Source: Octopus bimaculoides
Lineage: Eukaryota
Reading direction: 5' to 3'
Assembly (NCBI RefSeq): GCF_001194135.2
Contig: NC_068982.1
Span: forward strand, 165,291,066 to 165,324,112
DNA length: 33,047 bases
In this document: piece by piece, positions 1-11,750 of the stretch
How the letters are laid out: the number at the start of each line of letters is the position of its first letter
How positions within the stretch are numbered: position 1 is the stretch's first letter
Translations under genes and position numbers: made by a program
Notes under the pieces: model-generated
Told to the model about the DNA's origin: nothing
Database searches by the model: none
Seen by the model: the letters and a program-made list of their open reading frames with translations, nothing else

Positions 1-12
1 TATATATATATG

Positions 13-330
13 CATATATGGGTACGGGACGTCACCAACAGTAAACCACATGAAATATGTAAACAAATGAGTTATATACGCAAACAACGAGAGAAACAGA
101 GAAACAAATGGAAAAAACGACAAGTAACATAAAGAACGACCCTTCATCAGTTGTCCGCTGTCTCTCTACTCCTCGTTTCATGCATTGAACGACAATATGA
201 GTCTTCGGAGTCAGTTTCTCCCATAAGTACCAAAATATAATTTGGGATTTATAGAGGGTCAAAGTTGGGAACAAAAACAGGACAGTGAACGAAAGGAAAC
301 ATGGTGGTGGGGCGTCAGACCAGAACTAGG
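13..330 (-). repeat. Dispersed repeat abutting (TA)n, homologous to 25230-25576; possibly a Penelope-like terminal repeat
   Basis: The reverse complement aligns over ~300 bp with 25230-25576. Shared blocks include CAACTGATGAAGGGTC, AAATCCCAAA, GGGAG(A/C)AACTG and GTGACGTCC(C/T)GT(A/G)CC...ATATGCATATATA. The PLE assignment is inference only. Confidence 0.7.
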
Positions 331-1338
331 GTAAAATAGCGAACACACACAGTTTGATTTTTATGTCTCTCTTACATTGTCACTTATAAAAGTACCTTAT
401 TTGTTATTTAAAACTGCATTGCTTGTGTTTTCAAATATGCTCACTTTCATCGACACAATGCTAAAAAATAATTTCAAAGACCACTTCGTAAAGCTTTTTC
501 AAGTACTGGCACAACCTTGAAGAAATATGTATATTCAGTTAACCGACTAATTTTAAGATATTCTGTGGGAATTATGCATCTAATAGCAAATTTGTATATG
601 CATTTGTATGTAGAATGTATATGTGTGAGTGTTTATTTGTTTGTTTTGCCTTTGTTTTTGTTTTCCGCAGCATTGTTTTTGATAGGGAGCTCTGAGAACG
701 TAATTTAAAACATGACGTTTAAAAAAACACTGTTTTAAAACAATTGCGCTATTAAGGCCTTTCTATTTAAGTGAGCATGATTGTGTGTGCTCGCGTGTTT
801 GTGTCTGTGAATGTTTGTGCGTCTGAGTGAGTGTATGTTTTGCATGTTTATTCAATCTTTTCTCTGTATCAGTGTATAAGATCCATATTCACACTTGAAA
901 AGACTTTTACACAATGCCATAAGAAGTTATTGTCGTCAATCACTCCTATCCCATGCATTTGTAGATATTATGCTAGGATAATAGCATTTTTCGTACTATA
1001 ACGAAGAAAATTCATACGCAGATGGAATAATGTTTATAAAGAAGAAAAATTAGTTTTATATTTGTGGGTAAATATATATTTATGTGTGTAGTAACGTTAG
1101 CTTCTATGTTTATTCTTAATAAAAACAATTTTACATTAATCTGAAGGGTTACTCTATAATTTGGGGTTATGATTATAACTCTCTATCACAACATACCTAA
1201 TTATCAATCTGCTCGACCTCGTACACCCATTGGAAATTTCATCTCAACAGAGACTATAGATTAACTTCGATGCATTGCAGACCTACGGTGGGTTAGCTGG
1301 CCGATATTTCGAAAGCACTGTGAATAGTTTTGCTTAAG

Positions 1339-1372
<34 letters not shown>

Positions 1373-2125
1373 TTCTTCGCCAAAAGTTTTTTTTTTATTC
1401 TCTCTGTTTATTTCCTCGTGTTCCTTTCTGTTGAAGAGNNNNNNNNNNNNNNNNNNNNNNNNNNNNNNNNNNNNNNNNNNNNNNNNNNNNNNNNNNNNNN
1501 NNNNNNNNNNNNNNNNNNNNNNNNNNNNNNNNNNNNNNNNNNNNNNNNNNNNNNNNNNNNNNNNNNNNNNNNNNNNNNNNNNNNNNNNNNNNNNNNNNNN
1601 NNNNNNNNNNNNNNNNNNNNNNNNNNNNNNNNNNNNNNNNNNNNNNNNNNNNNNNNNNNNNNNNNNNNNNNNNNNNNNNNNNNNNNNNNNNNNNNNNNNN
1701 NNNNNNNNNNNNNNNNNNNNNNNNNNNNNNNNNNNNNNNNNNNNNNNNNNNNNNNNNNNNNNNNNNNNNNNNNNNNNNNNNNNNNNNNNNNNNNNNNNNN
1801 NNNNNNNNNNNNNNNNNNNNNNNNNNNNNNNNNNNNNNNNNNNNNNNNNNNNNNNNNNNNNNNNNNNNNNNNNNNNNNNNNNNNNNNNNNNNNNNNNNNN
1901 NNNNNNNNNNNNNNNNNNNNNNNNNNNNNNNNNNNNNNNNNNNNNNNNNNNNNNNNNNNNNNNNNNNNNNNNNNNNNNNNNNNNNNNNNNNNNNNNNNNN
2001 NNNNNNNNNNNNNNNNNNNNNNNNNNNNNNNNNNNNNNNNNNNNNNNNNNNNNNNNNNNNNNNNNNNNNNNNNNNNNNNNNNNNNNNNNNNNNNNNNNAG
2101 GTTGGAAAAGTATTTTATGGATAGA

Positions 2126-2174
2126 GTCTTACAGCTGTTTCTGGGAAGATCCAGTACTTCCATTCATCGGAGAC
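2126..2174 (-). ncRNA. Minimal type I hammerhead ribozyme motif (Penelope-type), with U4C variant
   Basis: The minus strand reads GUCU-CCGAUGA-A-UGGAAG(UACUGGAU)CUUCCCA-GAAA-C(AGCU)G-UA-AGAC. It has a 4-bp stem I, a 6-bp stem II with one bulge, and a palindromic stem III (ACAGCUGU) ending in a GUA triplet. Confidence 0.7.
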
Positions 2175-2509
2175 AGAAAAAATAAAGGAATCTATTATTA
2201 TATCCATAGGCGGATATCTTTAGTATGAAGTGGTAAAGAGTGTGATGCGCTGAAAAAAAGAGAGAACAGTACTTGAAGTGTAGTTTCATTCCAGTAGTAA
2301 ATATCCGTGTAAAAATCCGTATATATATACGCATATATGTATATATATATACATGTGCACGTGTGTGTTTGCGTATCCGCGTGTGTGTACATACATATGC
2401 ACGTGTGTGTGTGTGGTGGGGTGTACTAGAGTTGGAAATGAAATTTATAGACATACAACCACACTGTCGGTCAGACGGGCAGAAATATATATATGCGCAA
2501 GCATACATT

Positions 2510-2538
2510 GACAGATAGATTGATAGGCAGACAGACAA

Positions 2539-2603
<65 letters not shown>

Positions 2604-2670
2604 GAAAGAGAAAGAGAGAGAGAGAGGGAGAGAGAGAGAGAGAGATAGAGAGAGAGAGATAGAGAGAGAG
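2510..2670. repeat. Compound microsatellite (AGAT)n followed by (AG)n
   Basis: Direct reading. Confidence 0.95.
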
Positions 2671-3159
2671 CCCCTTATGCTAACTGAACCCAGAAAGAAA
2701 TATGGTTTTGTAAGGAGGATATAATATACCAATGTGTCAGTAAGTTGAGAATAAGCTGTGTTATTTTATCTATGTAGCTGTTAATAATGATATATTGTTC
2801 AAATATCAATACCATTAATAAAGTAAGCTCACTTAAATATTATGTTTAAATTGCCAAGAAGGACAGTTCTTGCATTTTAAGCGTAATATACTACCAGATG
2901 TATTCAAGTTTTACAAATAGACTTTACTCTCGCGTTCGCAGTCGGACACAGGCGCAATACGACACAATATTGAATTGTAAATCTTTGAAATAATTGCTAG
3001 TATATTACGGTTGCAAAACGAAACACTGTATTCTTGCTAGCTATTGATATTCACTTACCAGCTACCAGGAATGCGTTTAATATGTAAGTAAATTTTTTTA
3101 TCCTATAGCGTTGCAGCTCTAAACTTCGTAGGTATATATACACAATGGGTTTGTGGATT

Positions 3160-3270
3160 GTTGTTGGGTTGGATGTGGTACTGATGAAATAGCAATAACT
3201 CTCGAAATATGCGTATGCACCAATTACCTATTTCTTCTGTCTTCGATCCCATTGTTTATACAAACGTATT
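3160..3270 (+). repeat. Short dispersed repeat carrying a hammerhead motif; homologous to 10590-10686 (-)
   Basis: Shares TG(T/A)TGGGTTG(G/A)ATGT..., CTGATGA, CAATAA, GAAA, ATGC.TATGCA and TCGATC(C/A)CATT with the minus strand at 10590-10686. Confidence 0.7.
3175..3220 (+). ncRNA. Degenerate minimal type I hammerhead ribozyme motif
   Basis: Reads GUGGUA-CUGAUGA-AAUAG(CAAUAA)CUCUC-GAAA-U(AUGC)G-UA-UGCAC. The core is intact, stem I pairs with one bulge, and stem II has two mismatches. Confidence 0.6.
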
Positions 3271-3959
3271 CGTATATGAAACGTCGTAACTTTCAACGCT
3301 AGCAGTATTTTTTAGAGATAAACTTGAATATTATATGGTTGCTGAAGGGATAATGGCTAAGTCTGTTTTACTATGACTATATCTTATGAAATTTGTTCTA
3401 GTGTTCAATCATTTGAAATATATTTGTGTTCATTGTGTTCATTTTTACTTGAGTTCACTTTGCCACGTTAATATCAGTTCTACGTTGTCCTTGTACATTT
3501 CCTAACTCAAGAATACTGTAATAAATATTATATGCTCCTAATATCCTTTTTAACGTTTACTATGGGACGATGACGGATTAGACAATACTAAATCTGCTTA
3601 TGTTGTTTATGCTTTTATCCTCCCTGATTGACAAAACATATGAATTAGTTTGTTCGGCGTAGATTATGTCAAAACGTATTACTCATTATAACCCCTTTAC
3701 TTATTAAGATTATTGGATGAGATGTGAGCAAGAATGGCCTATGATTTCTATTATGAAAAATGTCTAGCCATAGGCGTTCTCTTTTGTTGCTGTTTTGCTT
3801 AGCAGCTCCAGAGAAGCAGAAATGCAGCCAAAGGCATTTCTATCGTCAGAATTTTGTATATCCATTACTGCGCCCGGAACTATAATTCCTAAATGTGTAT
3901 ATGCATATATATATATACACACACTCAGGTGGGTACATTCACATATACACACACATATT

Positions 3960-4017
3960 TAGATAGATAGAGAGAGGGGGGAGAGATCGATAGAGAGATT
4001 GATCGATCGATAGATAG

Positions 4018-4052
<35 letters not shown>

Positions 4053-4066
4053 TGTATGTATGTATG
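3960..4066. repeat. Compound microsatellite (GATA)/(GA) then (TATG)n
   Basis: Direct reading. Confidence 0.9.
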
Positions 4067-4272
4067 CATGTGTGTGCATGAGTGAGTGTGTGTTTCTGTA
4101 TGTATATATGTCAAGTCATATTTGAGTAGTTCACGTACGTTCAGCGCAGCAGTAGCCTCGGGAGAAATTAATCCTCCTAACTAACGTGTGTGATAAAACA
4201 TAGAATCGTAGGATGCATGTATTTGTGCGTTATTACATGTCCGTGTATACGAATACCAATTTTTCCATTATG

Positions 4273-4323
<51 letters not shown>

Positions 4324-5144
4324 NNNNNNNNNNNNNNNNNNNNNNNNNNNNNNNNNNNNNNNNNNNNNNNNNNNNNNNNNNNNNNNNNNNNNNNNNNNNN
4401 NNNNNNNNNNNNNNNNNNNNNNNNNNNNNNNNNNNNNNNNNNNNNNNNNNNNNNNNNNNNNNNNNNNNNNNNNNNNNNNNNNNNNNNNNNNNNNNNNNNN
4501 NNNNNNNNNNNNNNNNNNNNNNNNNNNNNNNNNNNNNNNNNNNNNNNNNNNNNNNNNNNNNNNNNNNNNNNNNNNNNNNNNNNNNNNNNNNNNNNNNNNN
4601 NNNNNNNNNNNNNNNNNNNNNNNNNNNNNNNNNNNNNNNNNNNNNNNNNNNNNNNNNNNNNNNNNNNNNNNNNNNNNNNNNNNNNNNNNNNNNNNNNNNN
4701 NNNNNNNNNNNNNNNNNNNNNNNNNNNNNNNNNNNNNNNNNNNNNNNNNNNNNNNNNNNNNNNNNNNNNNNNNNNNNNNNNNNNNNNNNNNNNNNNNNNN
4801 NNNNNNNNNNNNNNNNNNNNNNNNNNNNNNNNNNNNNNNNNNNNNNNNNNNNNNNNNNNNNNNNNNNNNNNNNNNNNNNNNNNNNNNNNNNNNNNNNNNN
4901 NNNNNNNNNNNNNNNNNNNNNNNNNNNNNNNNNNNNNNNNNNNNNNNNNNNNNNNNNNNNNNNNNNNNNNNNNNNNNNNNNNNNNNNNNNNNNNNNNNNN
5001 NNNNNNNNNNNNNNNNNNNNNNNNNNNNNNNNNNNNNNNNNNNNNNNNNNNNNNNNNNNNNNNNNNNNNNNNNNNNNNNNNNNNNNNNNNNNNNNNNNNN
5101 NNNNNNATATATATATATATTTATACACATACAACAAACATGTG

Positions 5145-5187
<43 letters not shown>

Positions 5188-7127
5188 ATATATATATATA
5201 AATAAGGCATTAGTAAGCTATCCAATATCCATATCAACATCTGTAGCAGTAAATGTCTGCAGCCTTTACTTTTATTATATCAGATGATTTTGTACCGTAT
5301 AAATCTTCTAAATTAATCAAACCCCATTGGTTTTGAATCTCTTTCTCAGATTCTGAATTTGTTTACTTTTTTATATTTATTCTCTGAATCATGATAGAAG
5401 AATAATTTAAATGTATTACTTAAAAGCGAAAGAAAAGTAAATATGTGAACTGGAGAGTGTGTGTTTGTGCTTTTGTTTGTGTGTGCATGTGAGTGTGTAA
5501 ATTTTATGTGCCTATTGGATTGTATTAAGAATACAAGAATAGGTCCGATGATACCGAGAAGACATAGAGATGGTGGGAATACGTGGAAAGAATTAACTTT
5601 AAACCAATAGATAATAGGTTAGCATAGCGAATTGAACAAAAGTCAAGAAAAACTAAACATGAATATAGACATATATAAGTTTATGAGATGGGGGCGATGG
5701 GTGAACTTTTCAGAAACGTCAATGAATAAGATGTATTTATCCAAACAACGATTGATATAACAAGTCATATTCGAAACGAACTATATATCTTCTAGCTGTT
5801 GTTGGTCTCTTTGTCATCGCCACCATTGTTCACGTTGTTTTTGGTGTGGCTGTAGTTGTTATTCTTGCTTATATTGTTGTCAATGAAATGCGTTTGGTAA
5901 CTTTTACGTTCTTATTTATTTGGCTTCTGAAAGTTACTATCTTCACTCCCCACATCTTTCTTCTCTCTCTGCTGCCTTTTTCTGTTTCATTTTACCAATA
6001 GTTGGTGTTTTCTTTAGCATTATATTTTCATGTCACTGTTTATCATTTATGTCTTATAGCTTTTATTTTATTTTTATGTTATAAACGCATGCATAATATA
6101 TATATATATATGTATCTTTATGTATGTATCTATATATCTATCTAAGTACATATATATATATNNNNNNNNNNNNNNNNNNNNNNNNNNNNNNNNNNNNNNN
6201 NNNNNNNNNNNNNNNNNNNNNNNNNNNNNNNNNNNNNNNNNNNNNNNNNNNNNNNNNNNNNNNNNNNNNNNNNNNNNNNNNNNNNNNNNNNNNNNNNNNN
6301 NNNNNNNNNNNNNNNNNNNNNNNNNNNNNNNNNNNNNNNNNNNNNNNNNNNNNNNNNNNNNNNNNNNNNNNNNNNNNNNNNNNNNNNNNNNNNNNNNNNN
6401 NNNNNNNNNNNNNNNNNNNNNNNNNNNNNNNNNNNNNNNNNNNNNNNNNNNNNNNNNNNNNNNNNNNNNNNNNNNNNNNNNNNNNNNNNNNNNNNNNNNN
6501 NNNNNNNNNNNNNNNNNNNNNNNNNNNNNNNNNNNNNNNTATATGCATGCACTTATATAGCGACGTAGAAATATATGTATTTGTTCCTGCAGATAGGTAC
6601 GTAGGTAAATACATACATACACACCCTAGCATTCTTTTATATTTTTTTCTACGTAATGCTTTTTTTTCTGGTTTCGATTATATTTCTTCTTTTTTATTTC
6701 TCTTATTGTAACTTTCCTGGTTATATTGATAGTGACCTCGCAGGTCATTGGCAGCCTTCAACGCTATTTATTGAGAATAATATTTCATACTATTCTCTGC
6801 CACCGCCACAAACTGTTGGATATTAGGAAATCGAAATTGGTTTTCTTGGCTCGTTTCCATTGGAGCATGCTATTATCCTATCTCTTAATCAACGTCCTGT
6901 TGATCGAACCTCTTTTATATTCTTCTTTCCATTCTTAAAGCTTTTTCTCTTCTTTTTCCTCGTCATTATTATAATCATATCCTCGTTCTCCTTTTCATCT
7001 TGCTTTTTCCGTCCTTGTTATTTTCCTTTAATTTCTTACTCTTTTTTCGCTTTTGAATTCTTCGTCTTCATGTGATAATTTTTCCATTCCTTTCCTACTG
7101 TCCCAAATTTCCCAACTCCCACTGATT

Positions 7128-7159
7128 TCATCATCATCATCATCAGCATCATCATCATC

Positions 7160-7213
<54 letters not shown>

Positions 7214-7225
7214 GCCATCATCATC
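7128..7225. repeat. (CAT)n trinucleotide microsatellite
   Basis: Direct reading. It explains the poly-Met and poly-Ser ORFs at 7036-7347. Confidence 0.95.
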
Positions 7226-10200
7226 GTTATTGCTACAAGAAAGGCCTCAATCCCCAACAACCCTATTACCCTTATCACAAGCAGTAACAACATCAGAGGC
7301 AGCATTAACAACACGAGTATGATCACAGTGTCTTCTCTCTTCGGCAAATGTTTTGTTTGTTTTATTTACCAAAAAACCTATATTTTACAGGTAATAGAAA
7401 TCTTAAACTGCATAATATGTTAATCACTGCACAAATACGAATAGATGGAGAAGCACATTACGTGTAAAGAAAAAGTGTGGATAAACATANNNNNNNNNNN
7501 NNNNNNNNNNNNNNNNNNNNNNNNNNNNNNNNNNNNNNNNNNNNNNNNNNNNNNNNNNNNNNNNNNNNNNNNNNNNNNNNNNNNNNNNNNNNNNNNNNNN
7601 NNNNNNNNNNNNNNNNNNNNNNNNNNNNNNNNNNNNNNNNNNNNNTATATATATATATATATATGAAATCTCTATTGATAATATCAAGTGCAACATAAGA
7701 AGTGTATATTTACATATATGTTTATGCTCAATAAATGTATTTTCAGACAAATGTATACGAATACTTGTATATTTTGCAAAGAATAAATCGTAATATACTT
7801 GTGCTTATTTGTGTGTGTGTCTGTGTGCATGTGCCTGCGTGCGTGCGTTGCCGTGTGTGTGTTTGTGTTTGTCTGTGTGTATGTGTATATGTTTTGGGGT
7901 GTGTGTATGTGTGTTTGTTGGGGTCTGCTTTCATAAGATGGGTAGCGCCAAAATAACTTATGTGTTTACATACATGTTTCAGTATAAGGGTGAATATGTA
8001 TATGTGTGTGCTTTTTTTCTCTATGTATAGAAGTATGTATCATACTGTGTTACGTTTGCCGACTAATAACTGACTTAAGATAGTTGGCAAAATCTTCTAA
8101 GATTTGTTTACATGTCATGCATGTATGCGAAATCTAAACGCTTGATGTCTCTACGCTCAGCATAATTTAACTTCAGAGTTTACAAACCTGACGTTTAGAC
8201 TAAAGGCCGGCGAATATAAAGTAAAAGCACCGCTGGTAGCTAGCAGAGAAAATTATAGTGTTGTGGAGGAACATCAAAATACCTACGTGAAAAGAAAACA
8301 AACACGAAATGGAAGAGCTGACAAAAGAAAGAATCTAACAAATCAAGTACAAAATAAAATGAAATCAAGCAAGATAAGAAGACAGGAATGCAGTTTTCTC
8401 TGGTGGAATGATAGCGAAAGCACTAGTTCAAAATAATATTTGCTCATATGAATATGGTATATAAAGTGGTGAATAAAATATTCCCCCCACAAATTGCATA
8501 TCTTTAATGACGTGTGTTGAAGGTTGTTTAATAACCATTTAATGTAAACACTATATAACATGAAATAATATGATCAGTCGCCTTTATCTCAGCTTACTCT
8601 TATTAACTTACTGATGAGTAAAATAGAAGTTGATAAATGTGTATTTAACAGCATGTTATCAGTAAGGTGGTATTAAAAGATTATTATTTGTAAGAGCTTA
8701 ATTCTACCAAATCTAAATACATTTAATATCAGTGACACGAAATTCGATTGCGTATATGTGTAAAATTACAGATGTAAATGTTGCAATGAATGGTGCTAAG
8801 AGGAAGTTTCTGTGGGAAGGTTTGGTTAGAGATATATCAACGATGTATGGTTCTACCGCGTAAATAATAATTGGAGATAGTCAACAACTATAGGAGTGAA
8901 GAAGCATATTTTACTGATATAAATTTTTTTTACGTGAGACGAAATGGATTTAATTCAATGAAAGCAATTACCGCGCATGAAATAAGAAAAGACATATAAA
9001 CACGCACAAATACACACACACAACCCCCCCCNNNNNNNNNNCCCACACACACAAAATCCCACACACACACACACACAATACATCCGCACACATTCACACA
9101 CACAAATAAAAAAATAAGTACTTGCAGCATAATGTAGGGATTATTCTTTTTGAAATTATTGTTTTTATCAGTCTCTCCTCTCAATTTCATTCTTCACACC
9201 AACTGAAACATAATTCAATAAATGTCGTTCAAAAATAATTATATGCAACTCGTGATGGCGGCTGAATGAACTCTCGGTTTCTAACGTACGAATAAATGCA
9301 CATATCAGCTTCAGGTGAAATTGCTAGAGGGAAATGGTGACCATTAAGAATTTTTAACTGATGATATAGAATACCGATCTCAGAATAGTAGATAACTTTT
9401 ATCAGTGGTCAAAATGATAGCAGTTAAAATTGACAGCTAAAGGAGGAATATTCACCACGCGGAGGCAGTGTCAATAAAGAAATATTTTCTTTCAGTTTTC
9501 TAGTTGATGTTTCTTTCACGTGTATTAGAATTTTAGTATTAGAAAAAAATGGAGTGGGAACCTTATTTTAGAGTTGAAAATACTCGTCTACTTTGAAAAA
9601 TGTAATAACTGTTGAGCAATAGAACCGTTTAAAGATACAAAACACAAGTAGGTAGAAGTGAGAGGAGTACTTACACCGCCTTAAATAACTCCCGTGTCGT
9701 AGTATTCTTCTGTTCATATTGGTGTTGGTGTTGTTGTTATCAATCCAGAATTATTGTACAAGCTATACTCCACCTGTTATAATGTATACTTCGTAATCCG
9801 GTCTGAAGAACGCTATGTTGGTATGTTAAAGGAGTTTCTCTTATTTGTTACAGAAGGATGAACCTAGCTAGTGATATAGGTTGGAAGAGTTGGCATAATT
9901 ATAGAAGAAAACGGTCAAAAAGGCATTTTTTAACGGTTCTGTACACCTGCACGCATATTATACACACGCCATATATCTCTTTCATGAAATAACTACACCA
10001 TATAAACAGAAATTACTCAGAACATTATCGACGCAAAGGGAGTATTTCATTTAAAAATATATTTCAATACACTCCTTTATTACTTGACGAAACTGAGCAA
10101 TATAAACAGAGGAAAATATGGGCCCTTATTCAGCTTTTTCAATGATTCGTTCTGAGCTAAATTAAACTTATCTCTATAGATGAACTCGAGAACTCAAAGC

Positions 10201-10627
10201 CAGCACAGCAAGTTACGACGTTGCGTAGACGATAACACACAAGCAAAGAATGCCATCGCAGATAGAAAAATAGATAATAAGCGTATATGTGTATTTCAAG
10301 AATTATTACATTTTCATCACCTACACATGGAACTCATTAACTATCTATGAACACTTTGTTTAGACAGGCATTAACTTTGGCGGTGTACCTCAAATGACAG
10401 GACCAATTTACATATTAAACATCAATTGCTGGCAAGGGCACAGAATTTCTACGAATCAATATTCTTGGTTTGCAAGTCAACATTTTGTCTTATCTGGTGT
10501 TAGCAGTGCAATATTCTCACATTTGAATTTATTTCAATAGATTTTCTACAGAATTCAGGAGCAGCACTGCAAGCTACGACATTTTATTAGCGCCTAAGTC
10601 TATGTAAAGAATGTGATCGAAAATAGC

Positions 10628-10672
10628 TGCATATGCATTTTTCCAGTGTTATTGCTCTTTCATCAGTGTTAC
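10628..10672 (-). ncRNA. Degenerate hammerhead motif, same family as 3175-3220
   Basis: The minus strand reads UGUAACA-CUGAUGA-AAGAG(CAAUAA)CACUG-GAAA-A(AUGC)A-UA-UGCAG. The core is intact and the stems are eroded. Confidence 0.5.
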
Positions 10673-10952
10673 ATTCAACCCATCACTTATCCATTACGGT
10701 TAGTGGTGTAAGTACAGAGGAAAACAATACATTGCCATTAGCTACTGTTTCACTGACACTAAGAAAAGGAGGAAGAGAGAAGAGGTAATATCATAGGAGG
10801 CAGTAAAATTTTACTAGTTAGTAGAATCTGGTAGCCAGTGAAGAAAGCTTCACACTATACGGTGATAAGATATATGTGTGTTAAAAAGCAGGAATATGAA
10901 TTAATGATATTACCAATACTAACGACTGATAAGAGATAAAATATGATTCAAA

Positions 10953-11048
10953 GGCGCAGACGTGGCTGTGTGGAAAGGCGTTTGCTTCCCAACCACATGG
11001 TTCCGGGTTCAGTCTCACTGTGTGGCCCCTTGGTCAAGTGCCTTCTAC
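10953..11048 (+). mobile_element. tRNA-type SINE, family A, 3'-truncated copy
   Basis: A-box-like TGGCTGTGTGG (10963-10973) and B-box-like GGTTCAGTCTC (11006-11016), followed by CCTTGGTCAAGTG. It aligns with the copy at 11146. Confidence 0.8.
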
Positions 11049-11145
11049 CTTCTACGGTCGTGAGCAGAATACCCAAACCACTTAAACACGGCTTTCCACT
11101 GGTTAATTATGCACTAGCACGCATAAACATGTATACACACTAAAT

Positions 11146-11322
11146 GGGTGGGTGGCAAGAAGCTTGCTACCCAACCACATGGTTCTGGGTTCACTCCCAC
11201 TATATGGCATCTTGGGCAAGTATCTCCTACTATAGCCTCGGACCAACCAAAGCCTTGTGAGTGGATTTGGAAGACGGAAACTGAAAGAAACCCGTCGAAT
11301 ATATATATAATATATATATATA
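11146..11322 (+). mobile_element. tRNA-type SINE, family A, 5' half up to the internal (TA)n
   Basis: CAAGAAGCTTGCTACCCAACCACATGGTTCTGGGTTCACTCCCAC...CTTGGGCAAGT matches the 10953 copy. The CTTGGGCAAGT block resembles the CORE-SINE domain (recognition, not a search result). Confidence 0.8.
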
Positions 11323-11469
11323 GTCTGCTATAATGAATCCCTAATCACATAAAAAACATCCAAAGCTATACTTTTTTTCATATGAATTTAATAATTAATA
11401 TTGACTGAGTATTAATTGAAACAGCTGTATTAACAATTATTAACTTCCCAAATTCAATTNNNNNNNNNN

Positions 11470-11750
11470 AACCAAAGCCTTGTGAGTGGATTTGGAAGAC
11501 GGAAACTGAAAGAAACCCGTCGAATATATATATAATATATATATATACGTCTGTGTGTCTTTGTGTCTGTGTTTATCCCTCCATCACCACTTGAAGATGA
11601 GTGCTGATGTGCTTGCAACTCCGATTCAGCAAAAGAGACCGATACAACGAGTACCAAGCTTTAAAAAAATAAGTCGTGGGGTCGATTTTTTCGATCAGAA
11701 AACGAAAGGCGGCGCTCGAACACGGTCACAATCAAATGACTGAAATAAAA
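11470..11750 (+). mobile_element. SINE family A, 3' half with tail
   Basis: Starts with 78 bp identical to 11245-11322, continues through a GTCGAT..TCGA module, and ends GGCGGCGCTCGAACACGGTCACAATCAAATGACTGAAATAAAAG followed by (AG)n. Confidence 0.75.

Noticed and set aside
1431-1438. TTGAAGAG right before the first gap, possibly the start of another hammerhead core
   Set aside because: The rest would lie in the N-run and cannot be evaluated.
2164-2732. ORFs rich in YI, CV, HT, SL (also at 7735-8030, 12766-13195, 18114-18363, 27656-28430)
   Set aside because: They are translations of (TA)n, (TG)n, (AG)n and (AGAT)n repeats.
2853-3050. Frame with SVIYYQ..SSFTNRLYS..YYGCKTKHCIL, faintly like a Penelope endonuclease, upstream of the 3175 hammerhead
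   Set aside because: The similarity is limited to a few short words with wrong spacing; not supportable without a profile search.
3764-3952. Minus-strand frame GIIVPGAVMDIQNSDD... after a TTTAG
   Set aside because: No pyrimidine tract, no recognisable domain, and the ORF starts in a microsatellite.
7036-7347. Poly-Met and poly-Ser ORFs; also poly-R/K/E/F ORFs at 28706-28992
   Set aside because: They are trinucleotide microsatellites.
8611-8640. CTGATGAG followed by GAAG
   Set aside because: No GAAA, no stem II and no stem III.
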